Source of the DNA: Iphione sp. A-MEVVRFRX5 | Lineage: Eukaryota | NCBI GenBank assembly: GCA_976226885.1 | Contig: OZ320316.1 | Coordinates: 77,066,001-77,130,000 of the forward strand | Length of the DNA stretch: 64,000 nucleotides | Direction of reading: 5' to 3' | In this document: piece by piece, positions 1 to 11,112 of the stretch | Position numbering within the stretch: the first letter of the stretch is position 1 | How the letters are laid out: each line of letters starts with the position of its first letter | Notes under the pieces: model-generated | Database searches by the model: none | The model's input: only the letters and a program-made list of their open reading frames with translations | What the model was told of the DNA's origin: nothing | Program-made: the position numbers and the translations under genes

Positions 1-1453
1 TTACACGACATATTGCGAAACTTTCATTATCAGCCCTAAGAGCGATTAAGAACCGGAAAAATGCTAATCAGCTTTCGCACACGGGTTTACACGTGTATAT
101 GTATAAATATAAATCGTATATAAATGTACAGGGAAGTATATATGCACATACAAGTACATTACTGGCACGACTCAAGCGTTCGCGTGTTTATGAAGTAAGG
201 TCGAACAGGGTGTAATAAATATATACACCAATCCTTTATTTGCGGCTTGAATAAAATGAATTTTTTCTCGAACGTTTACAACATAAGAGGTTGTAAACGT
301 CAGGACATCCAGCACCAGCAGTCCTCATTGCTGTGAACACCTTGGGCAGTTAACAAGAAGCGCGTATCCTCTTTCAATAACACGTGGCCCGTTAGAGCCT
401 GTCCAACCCATAAACTTGGCCTCCTCCTCCTCCGCTCACCTCTTCTTCATCTACTCCAGTCTATCTACCCTCTCCTTCCAAGAAACCCCACCTGCCAGGG
501 AGTAGGCAGGCACCAGCCGGATGGGGTCATCAGTACTCGCCGATCTCTCAAAGTGGGTCACAGTTCGTTCACTATTCGCAAGAGGTCGCCTGCGGCATGA
601 AATTTTGATCAATGCAGCGGCGAATCTGAATGTGCAGCATAGATTGAAGATATAAGTGTCTCTTGTTCTACTTCCCAATTGGCGGTAACCATCGACATGT
701 TACTTTCCGTACTGGCTTGACAACGGTCTGAACTAAAGATGGTCGTCAGAGGTTTGGTGCTCCCCACCCCCAACTACATTTGATAAACTGCGAGTCCCTG
801 CCCACATTGGGTTATAGGATTAGTGCGTGTACCGTACGTGTATTTCATTTAGGGAAGTAGATGCGGCCCTGGTTTGTGTCTAACACACCCCTGCCGCGTA
901 ATGAGGCTTCCTATTTCAGGGACCAGGAGATTATCAATTACACACATGTCGCTGGACCCCAGGCTATTTTCAAACCTCCGAAGCAACAAATTACTGATTG
1001 CAACGGTAATGACTACACGTAATCTCCTGAGATGAAAGGGAACATTTCCAGCTGACATGTTCCATTACTTTTCAGTAGTAAATAGAACCAATTTCGTTAT
1101 CATTGGTTTTTCAGACCGCAGATTTGTAAATGACAGAATTATATATACATGGATCGAAGGCACCAAGAGCAAAAAAAAGAACATGTCTGTATGTAGGTGT
1201 GTACAGATGTATTGGCATACCTAACACCGACATAATTTTCCACGAATTTCTTCAAAGCACCAGAATTGACTGACGCCATAATTTTCATTCAGTTCCTTCC
1301 ACGTACACCTGAATTCACCAGCCTCATGATAAGCATGCATAATCTTATTCCAAATACACTAGAACTGCCTCATGTTATAATAATTTAGCAGGAAGCTCTT
1401 CTAAAATAGGTCTAAATATACTTCACGCAGGCACACATATCAATATACATGTA

Positions 1454-1638
1454 CAGTCAACTCCCACTTAGGAGACCACCTCTGGGAGTGGGACTGAAGG
1501 AGGAATGATCTCCCTTGCAATCTGGTTTCCCCCGAGATCTCCTTTTATACAGGAAATATACTGTTTGAGACTGTGATATAGTGATCTCCCCTGTGATCTG
1601 GTCTCCCCTACAATCTGGTCTTAGGTGAGAGTCCACTG
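1454..1638. mobile_element. 185-bp MITE with imperfect TIRs and TA target-site duplication (Tc1/mariner/pogo type)
   Basis: TA|CAGTCAACTCCCACTTAGGAGACC ... GGTCTTAGGTGAGAGTCCACTG|TA; CAGT/ACTG termini; internal GATCTCCC/GATCTGG repeats. Confidence 0.75.
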
Positions 1639-3349
1639 TACATGTATGTGATTCTCCTCCTCACTGATTATCTGTCTGTGTCTCTATGTGCATGACTTTT
1701 GTGGATTAAGCCCCCTTTTCCAGGTATTTGATCTTTGTCCCGGTTGTTGTTCTGAAATGCGTGGGAATAGAGTGTCTTTGACTGGGGTGCATGATGCTAT
1801 TTAGTTTACATTTTAGTTACATTGTGCAAAGTGACCCTGGGGGCCAGGCTGATAATGGCTTGAAATCAACCTCTCATGCATCTCAGGGTTGCATCTGTAT
1901 GTGATAGATCCATCGGTTGGTTAATCAGCATCTTGCTGCTGCAGCCATTAAAACTGTTAGGAAATATGGTTAGCAGGTAGGTATGTCCTATGTACTGGTT
2001 CTTCCTGCATATCAGGGCAACACATCTGAATGCATGAATGTGTGCCACAATATTCATGGAAAACATGCCATTAGGCCATGTACACATGTATCCGTAGAAA
2101 TGAAACATGTACGGGTCTGCCGCCATGAAATACCTCCTGCAGTGTTTGTTCAAGACCCTCCTATATGTATCCCAGATGTATCTTCAACACTGTATACTAT
2201 GGGAAACGGATGGGTGTCTGTAAAAAAAATCTGTCAGCGATGGACAGAAAACAGATACGGAGCCGTATCTGTTTTGAAATGGATACATCTGAACAAAGTA
2301 GTACAATTGCTATGGTTAGGTAAAAAAGGTCAATGTGTCCGTATCCATTTTGAAAATATATGGATACATGTGTACACCGCCTTACTGCTGTAGATATAAT
2401 CTGTGTGCATATATCCATGTACCAGCTGCTGTGCAGATCACACACACAGACTACACACTTCACATAAATTCAAGCCTTGTGTGGATGAAATGATGAGCTG
2501 GCATCTATGCTTAGAAAAGTCCTAGTGGACTGATACACCATGCACGGTGGCATTATTACCCCTACCGAGATAAGTATGTTTAGAATTGGTGTAGCCTCTC
2601 AAGTGTACACATGTACACATAATTATCTCTCAAATTCACGAGGACATTGGTTCAAAGCACGCAGATTATCTCGACGCAAAAAATACCAGCTTAACGTGTA
2701 TAGCAACGCAGGTTTCCTGGCATTAACCGTGGAGGTTATCATGTTACCTATGTGGAGTAAAAAATGAAAACGAAACTGGTTATTTCCAATATGATGATTG
2801 TAATGCCAATAATTCTTCATCCAGTTCGCAAAACCGTATAAATTCTTGGCCACATTGTTATCAAAAAGGAGTCTCTTTACACCTGCTGAAGGGAGCATAG
2901 GAGGTAGACAGAAATATTTTGTTGTGGCGGTTTGCTCCACCCAAACTGAACGCATACAAAGGAACCCCGTATCGATGACCTGGTCTCGACTAGCCTTTTT
3001 TCAATGTAAACACGTCGAGTAAAAATAATTTCCCGCGCAGCCTGGAGCCACTGGTCCGCTGCGGAGTATCTCTTTGGGTAGTCGCATCTGGCACCTACTG
3101 TTTCTGTATAGCATATGTTCTACCGATAAAACAGTCACACTCACCACACTCTCATTCGTCTTATTAAAATTCTTTTGTGAAGCTAATTAATTCTCGAATC
3201 CAAGTGCATAAGCTGCCAGGATACTGGTCAGCATTGATGATGAGGGGGATATGGCTTTCCGAGATAATTTGTTGGTATCATTCAAACCAATAAGTTTAGA
3301 AAAAAAATGAGCCGTTTTTCGCGAGATGGTCTCTTATGTTTAGCAGTAC

Positions 3350-3418
3350 CTGAGTTTTACGCTGTTGAGATCTGGCGAAGTAGAGCACGTGGTAGATGAG
3401 CGCCCCCAGGTGAAACAT
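3350..3418 (-). CDS. Weak candidate alternative first coding exon MFHLGALIYHVLYFARSQQRKTQ
   Basis: First ATG after an in-frame stop, 23 codons, CAG|gtactg phase-0 donor, at the 3' end of a GC-rich island (about 3340-4300). Confidence 0.35.
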
Positions 3419-6400
3419 GCCTGAACCTCAGGCGCGCCTGGCCACTGTCGTCATTGGGGGCTGTCGGGACTCTATGGACCAGTCACCTGGGATTAGTGGC
3501 CATTGGTCAACACGCTGTGTCGTGAGTGACTGAAAGCCCGCCTGTGAGATGCCCATCTCCATTGGAGGGCCAGTTTATCCCCAACAAACATCCCGGGCGA
3601 CAACACATTGGGCGGCTCTTCAAATTGCTTTGTGTGGACAGAAAGTATTGTGGCCGCAACACTGGCTGCGACCGTTCATCCGGAACACAGGGTTAAGCTC
3701 GTCCTTCTATAGATTCGAGGCCGTATGAATCACCTCATGCCCGATGTTCGCAGACGGGGAAAACGCCGGAGATTTCACACCTGTCCGTAGATTACAGATA
3801 CCAAGCGTCGGTGGGTCTAAATTTTCGCACCGCGTCAAAGCCGCTAACGTGAATCTGGTTAGTTTAGGCCAATCACCGCACAACCGGCGTCGGACCGATC
3901 CAAGAGCAATTTGCACCTAATTCGGCACTTCGATCGCTATTACGCTTCCACCATTGCGTAAATCTACTGATAACTGCCCAATTTGTCCCCATGCTCCTTG
4001 TCCACTCATGATATATGAGTTTGGTGGCTCTCCACTTGACGGCACAAAGGTTGAGGCAAATTGACACACCAGCTCGGGATCCATCGACTTTCTCTCCAAC
4101 AGGGATCATCCCTCTTAGTTCTCTCGGCTTTAGAGCCCTGCCCAGATAAGGTCAGGTCGAGCAGATTACGGATCCAACCCACACAGCCAAACATTTTTAT
4201 CTTGTGTTGACCTAATCTTTCCGGTGAGCTCTGCTTCGCACCGTTCGCTCTGAACATTACGTGTGCACCGGCGATCTAATTGGGTTCTGATTGTGAGCTT
4301 CGGTTAAGTAGCCGCATGTACCAAACGGCATGGTTTACTGGCTTCTTTTATTAGCGTACTTGCGAAACTCATCTGACGATAACAAAATGCTGATTCTGTA
4401 TACGCATCCTAGCCGCGTCATCGTACCCTGTGATAAAGCACTAATGTGGAAAAATGCTGTGAACTACATTGTACTTGTAATTTATATCCTGTCCACCATA
4501 TGCTGAACTCGAAAAAACCTCGCCTGCCTTCTTTCTGTCGTCAACTACATACTGCACGTTTATCTATCTCCTCACCCATTCTGACATGGAGATCCACACA
4601 CTCTGTCTGTCTGTCTACATGTCTGCCCATCTGCCAGAGGTTGCAATCTCTCCGTGGTTCCGTGTCATACAGTGCATCACCATCTTTAATGATGACACAT
4701 GGTGGGTGGGGAGCGCCATCTTTCTGTATCTAATCTACCCTATTCCTAGCTACCCCACTGCTCGATAAATAACATGACACTCCCCTAAAGGCCAGCGCAT
4801 GCCGATGCCAGCTGGGCATCTCGTGTACTGCCAAGCGACTCTGCTGGGGGACGAGGTCAAAGGGACAGCCTGCATGTACACGGGAAGTAGTACGGAAGGC
4901 ATTCTGTCAAAGGGCATTGGTGATTGAGAGACTTCAGGCTGATAAACGAAAACAGTATCAAGACAAAACTGAGAACGACAGATAAGAGTGAAACCTTTTA
5001 GATCTTTACCGACAAAACCTCCTCCTCGTGGCTAGCTACCCGATAAACACATAGCGATCTAAGGGTGTTACTGAAGGTCAATGCTACTTCTCTCAATCCC
5101 TTCCTATCTTATCATTATATAGGTTATTACGTATATTTTTGGGGTAGGAACGGCGTCCGAGATGTAGATATGGTGCATGAGACGTCTACGGGATGTTTAA
5201 AAATTATTATGCATACTTCTGGCCTTCACAGCAGCGTCATTTGTACTAGGACAGCACTGTAATTACCATATTCGGTTCGTCGCCAATACAGTACACTGGC
5301 CTCAGTGTATGTCTCTAGCTTGAATTATTCCATAGGAAAATGACAAATACAAAAAATCAGTACCACAAAATCATCTGGAGCGATTATAATTTTCATTGAT
5401 GGCATTTGGGACACAGTAGCTCAGTACATCTGTGCCTTTCCAGTTGATGAACAAAGCTTGTATACATCCAACTTCTCATCCTTATTTCTTAACTTTGTAC
5501 TTTGAAGGAAAAATGGAAATTCCTAGCAAAAAAAAGAGGAATCTCTTCATGACCACTGATTTCTTTCATCATGATAGATTATTCAGTCGATTCTGCTTAA
5601 GTGGCTCGACTACGTCAAACCACCGTATCAAAGCGTACTACAGCATCCCCAGTATACATGTTTAACCGTCGAATATCAAATGTTTTATTTGCTCATCTGG
5701 CCTGTAAACAGGTGGGCGTATAGACACTGCGGGAGCATTCATCACATATGACAGCATATATGGTATCCTGGTTTCTGAGCCATATTGCTCGGATGATCTT
5801 AAGTCACATACTGAATTGACCATCATCACTCTCCAGCTCCCTATTGAGATAGACATGCACATATAGTGCAGGTCAATGTATGGATCGCCACACTGTCACT
5901 ACGTAAATGTCTGGAATTACAACAAGCTGATTGGTGTTTTTTCTATTATGATGTCACAATTAGTAAAAGTTACATCTGCGGTACCCATTTATTCAACTGT
6001 CCGCGATCCGTCCAATGAGCGATTGCTCAGAGCCTGCTACATGTACATGTATTAAATGTTCTCGCCAACTAAGCCGAATTCTGCAAATACACCTGCATAG
6101 CTACAATTGAATTAAAAAATGCAACTATTGCTTTCAGCGTAACTGCATTTTTTCCCCACGAAGAATACTTGTCGATATGTACATGCATACACATTGTATT
6201 GTTGTATGGATCTAGACGAGGCAGGATTCTGATAATACCACATGTGGGTCATACCCAGAACCTATATATTTACAACACGGTATTGCTACCTTTGTATAAA
6301 CCCCTATGAGATCAACATTATTGTGCAAACTACATCCGTATTACTACTAAAAGGATTTTAGGCTTACATATCCTGAAACCCATTCTGGTTGCTTATTTAC

Positions 6401-6852
6401 ATATACAACTTGGCATGTTCGACATGCAGCCATTGTGATTTACTGTAAAGCTATTTCAGACTCCAATATTGAAAATCTGTTCTGCTGTACTTGATTTTGT
6501 TTTGAACCATACAAAAAGGTAGCCGACCGCCTAGACATATGATCTGGAACGACAAATAGAGAAACGGAGAGCTGAGCAAGCATACCTCTGTTGTGTAACG
6601 CCACCGGGCTCAGAAGGGTCGAGATTAGCTGCACTCAAGACGTGACTTTTTATACAAAAGTACGATAGCAAGCCTACCCAACACCAAGTAAACCTATTAA
6701 GTCGACAGCCGACTGCAGTTTCAACTACCATCCGTACATCCTTCGGGGGGAGAAGCTGGTTCTCTTTGCGTTATGATAACGGAGAAATGTGACTGATACT
6801 TTGATGGGGGTCGCCTTCATACATCTCCATGTGTATATGGATGGCTTGGGGG

Positions 6853-6980
6853 TGACTCAACACCAATGGATTGTCGATTTATTCAAGTGAGTCAAACCGT
6901 ACGCGTTTAACACCTGCTGTACTCAAACTGTCATTAAGACGGACGTAGTGGGTCATAAACGTAATGCTTTGTCTGAGTCA
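6853..6980. promoter_or_regulatory. Cluster of three AP-1 consensus sites (TGA[C/G]TCA)
   Basis: TGACTCA 6853-6859, TGAGTCA 6888-6894, TGAGTCA 6974-6980. Function not shown. Confidence 0.4.
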
Positions 6981-7024
6981 GATATATATATATGTATACA
7001 TGTATATATATATATATCTATATC
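6981..7024. repeat. Interrupted (TA)n microsatellite
   Basis: gatatatatatatgtatacatgtatatatatatatatctatatc. Confidence 0.85.
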
Positions 7025-8974
7025 TCACTTTATCGTTCACCCGAACAATGGGTCCATTAGAGTAACTTGTCAAACCTATCTCAAGATAATTGTCACTCAA
7101 TGCTAGTCGAGGGGAAACTGGCACTCCAATACAGCGAAATTTGTTCAATGAAGGGCTTAGATACACTTCTCTACGCCAGATTTTAGGTCGCTAACGACCT
7201 TTCTCTGTGGACAGAACCACTCAATGGAAGGCACCGACGTACAACACATTGCGCATTATTTTGGGGGTTATAATTAGCTGTTGGAAACCTGTGCCCGAAC
7301 ATTCTCCCCCGTTGAAAATACGTTTTCAGTTAGAACCGGGCGAAGAGATTGCTGACAATCTAGCGCCATATTCGCCTCCGTCTGAACTGGAACTCTTAAA
7401 GATTGGCCATGTCGAACACTGTCCGTCTCTGTTCGCATATATCTGTCATCTTTCACACCCGGGGCAAGGTTGGGTCTAAAAGGTGCCTATTCATCACCTC
7501 ACCTGTTTGCACGCCCACACAGGCGTGTACATCGACCCTTGGTGGGCTTGATGCTCACTATGCGATTGTCACCTGTGGCTCTCTCACATTCCTGAGAAGG
7601 GGGTGTCGGGGGTGTCTCCCTAGCGAGGGTATTAACGTCAAATCCGCACATCGTCATGACCAAGCACAGATGACGGACTCGCTGTATCGGACTTTCAAAC
7701 TCGGGATCTTGGGCTCATCTTTTCTGATCCTACTGTCCCTCACTGACCCCTAGGAGCCATAGGGGCGCACAAGAAGGGTACAGAATGGACGGGCATCTGC
7801 AGCTTAAAGGTACATGTATTCTGATCGAAGACATTATCTGATGGGTGTGATTACTTTCAAAATGCCTCAAACTAATGACTACTTTAGTTGCACTTGTCCC
7901 AAAAAAAAGTCAACTATGTACCTGTGGGGCCTCTCATACATTCTGGTAGCTTTACAACCCAGTGGAATGGTGGTTGAACATGCTAGTATTTCTTGTTGGG
8001 ATTATTTAGACATTTTATGTGAATGATTTTGACACGGCAATAAAATGCCTCACAGGATCATACACCATAAATGATGATCACAGGAAACATGGTCCGTCTG
8101 AGTAGGTGGCCACAGGCCTTGCGGACTGTCGGTCTACATTCCAACGTCCTAATGCTAGATCCTGTTTCCCAACAATACTACTCGCCGACACTGATGTCAT
8201 TGAGGCGAGTGTATGAAACACCTCCCGTGACTAGGAGAAACGGTATCTCCTTCCTTCGGCGAATGCAACGGGCGTTTGCTGATAAAATTGGGAATCGAAT
8301 TTCTCATTGATTTCGTACAGACAAGTTTTATCTAAGTAAAAATGTCCTAACGTATACATGTATATGCATGTAATAACACTAAAAAAAGGTACATACACAG
8401 AAAGTTTAGGCTGGTATGACTCATCAGTCTATGTCCGTTTCATATGTTTAACTTTTTCTGAAGTAGATTGATTCTAACTTGGTTTTAGATGAGTGAGTTA
8501 TACACGGTTCGACTAGGGGGGGGGCAAACGGTATAACAGTGGGGAACAAACCTGTGTGGGTCTGTAGATAAACTACCTACAAATGTCAATCAAAAACAAT
8601 GCCATAAGCCTTCCAGTGTTGACTCTTAGTCCAATTGAATGTGGGCCTATTGTCGACCATTGGCCCAGGCCCCATGAGGGGATTACAAATGGGGTCCGGC
8701 ACAACTGGAAACGAGTGTGTTGGACAGTAAAAACAAAACGCAACCCTAGACTGTGCGCATGCACCAGCCTGTTTAGAAGGTGTGCCTGCAACAGACATTA
8801 TATCCCTACAAAATGTAAGCTTCAAGATCTACTTTCAAAGCGCAGAAACGTAACATGACGGCGTACTCTTGTAATCAACTTTACGTACACTATGTACACG
8901 TACAACTGTCTAAGTAAATACAGGTAAATATTTGTGTACACGACAAGAGGGACCTTGGCGTAAAGTGATGTTAC

Positions 8975-9079
8975 CCTTTTTTGATAGTACTCCTCTTCCT
9001 TTGGGTCGACCGGCCTGTTTCCGCCGTCACCATTGTCCTTCTTCTTTTTCTTTTTCTTTCTTCCACACCCGCAAAACAT
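8975..9079 (-). CDS. Candidate alternative first coding exon MFCGCGRKKKKKKKDNGDGGNRPVDPKEEEYYQKR (Cys plus polybasic)
   Basis: ccgtcaagATG context, 35 codons ending at AGG|gtaaca (phase 0); upstream acceptor tttcttcccctcatcag at 9161 gives an 81-nt 5' UTR portion. Confidence 0.7.
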
Positions 9080-9362
9080 CTTGACGGCGGAGAATATGTA
9101 TTATTCCTCCCTTGAAATAGCAATCTCCGTCAGTCACAGAACCTCCAACGTCATATCTGGCTGATGAGGGGAAGAAATCCCAAATCCGAAGCGCTGTAAT
9201 CGCAGCCTACATATTCCTGTAGCGGGGCGTCCGCAGCTGTCCGGTGTTACCTAGAAGTATTTCTAGGCACGACCAGTTGAGTAGCGAAGGCTACCATTGG
9301 GCCTTGTCCAAGGCGGTTCAGTTATGTGGAAGGGTGGTGGTGCTCTTCAACCGCCAGTTTAC

Positions 9363-9419
9363 CTTGAGCCCCACCTCTTGTTCCGTGATGTAACCTTCAA
9401 CGGCCTGGATTCCTTGGGG
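9363..9419 (-). CDS. Candidate 57-nt phase 0/0 exon PQGIQAVEGYITEQEVGLK
   Basis: Strong acceptor tctcttctaactttttcatcctcag, donor AAG|gtaaac, 19 open codons. Confidence 0.55.
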
Positions 9420-10372
9420 CTGAGGATGAAAAAGTTAGAAGAGACTGGCGTAATCGTTCTTGTATGTCTGCATGTGTTGGACTGAATGTGTATTGAGAGT
9501 TAGTGGCAGGATGGCCCCGTCTGGTCTGGAGTCTACTATGAATCACGCTACATAGATAGGTGGCTAGCGCCAAAAGACGAGACTCATGATATTCCAACAA
9601 ACTTGTCGGCGTGACTGAGGGTCGCGTGTAAAGTCCAGCTAGCTTCAATATGCGGTTCACATGAACTTCTTGCCCGCCACGGTCTGATGTTCAATACGGT
9701 TTCACACCGGTCTACAGTGTCTACCAACGTTCAGTGGTCCTCGGCTGGGTGACCGTGGCGTGTGTCCTGGCCAGCGGTGCACGCAGAATAAAGCAATCTG
9801 ACACTGTTCACAGTTGGAGGCCCCACCAGCTTGAAGTTGAAGCCGACCACCACAGAAAGGAAGGCGGGGACCACCGACCGGCTGACCGACTGGCTGGCCT
9901 TCCCGATGAATGGCCTGTTTGCTTACGTTAAGCTTTACCGGCCGCTCCACCCCTCCGGCTGTGCGCTGGTCCGTCAAAATATCACCCCGTGGAGGACGCT
10001 AACTGGGACGGCCCATTCCTCTCCAGTACTCTTTGTGTCGTCTCAGCTTCCGGTCCCGCAAGTCTTCCTCCCCATCGCCCGTCTAATAATCGAAAGGGGT
10101 CGGGGTGCAAGGAACTACCTCCCAGTGATGAGGTGACGGGTGACTGGGTCGCACTTAGGGTTTGTGCCGTGCTAGTTGACCGGCATAGCCTCGCCTGGCC
10201 GAGGTCGTGCTCACTAGTGGCCCCGTTATGATCATGTGTGTAGAGCAGCAGGAAGACACGGCGGCCCGGCTCTCACGCCTCCTCTGTTCGCTCACTACCC
10301 CTACGGCCTACGCACGAACGATGCTGCCGGTGAGCGTCCGACGTTACCCGACTGACCGACCTACCTACCTAC

Positions 10373-10748
10373 CTCTCTACCTGAACCTCCTCCTTCCCCA
10401 GTACCAGAGGGGAGGGGAGGATGAGGAGGATGATCAGCCGGTTCACTACACCTGTTACCTCCCCGCTCGACAAGGGCAGCAAAAGCAAACAACACACAAT
10501 CGTACGTGTCCACGGTGAGTGTTTCGGGTGCAGATCGAAATGGCAGAGTTGTGGCTGGTTGGCAGGGGGTCCTCGGCGGCCAAACTTCCCATCCCCGGCG
10601 GCCCGCCGCCAATGGAGACGCATCTGCGACTGACGAGTCGGTTCTTGAGAGTGTACGCGCTGAGGATGGTTGCTGATGCTGAGGCTGCGGGGGGGGGGGG
10701 GGGGGGCGGCTCGCCAGCAGGTCAGGCGCGGGTAGTTGGATGCTACTA
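10373..10748 (-). CDS. Candidate 376-nt Pro/Ser/Gly-rich exon, phase 2 in, phase 0 out (SSIQLPAPDLLASRPPPPPPQPQHQQ...GEGGGSGRE)
   Basis: Acceptor cctttccctcctatagcttccag, 125 open codons, donor GAG|gtaggt. The frame depends on the length of the G run at 10689-10706. Confidence 0.45.
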
Positions 10749-11016
10749 CTGGAAGCTATAGGAGGGAAAGGTGCACTATGGTTGGGATGAACATCTGCCA
10801 GGCAACTCCTCGCGGCGTGTGTCGGCCTACAGCACGCAGCCTTGTTGGCGGACTCTGTTCACTGGTTTCTGATTAGTTTTGACTGGTTCGTGCGTGCTTT
10901 ATGACCAATTGAACACACCCAGTTTAACTCCATGAAATTAAAAGAAGAATCAGCCTAAGGCGCTGTCTGTTATACTGATGCCTCGGTGCAGGGGTTATAT
11001 ATCCCTAACTTATTAC

Positions 11017-11112
11017 CCGATTTTTTTTTGTGGTCGTGAGAAATAGTTCCGTTTTGAGATGTTGCATTCTTCGTCTTCCAGCAATTCTGACAGCCGAGCC
11101 GAATCTCCGGTG
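11017..11112 (-). CDS. Candidate phase 2/2 exon (x)TGDSARLSELLEDEECNISKRNYFSRPQKKI(G)
   Basis: Acceptor ctttacgttcttttag, 96 nt, donor GG|gtaata, no stop. Confidence 0.45.

Noticed and set aside
4566-4590. ATG TCA GAA TGG|gtgagg (MSEW) mini first exon; similar MCLDVEK (about 16800) and MIITGPL (about 10230)
   Set aside because: Too short to tell apart from chance ATG-plus-donor pairs.
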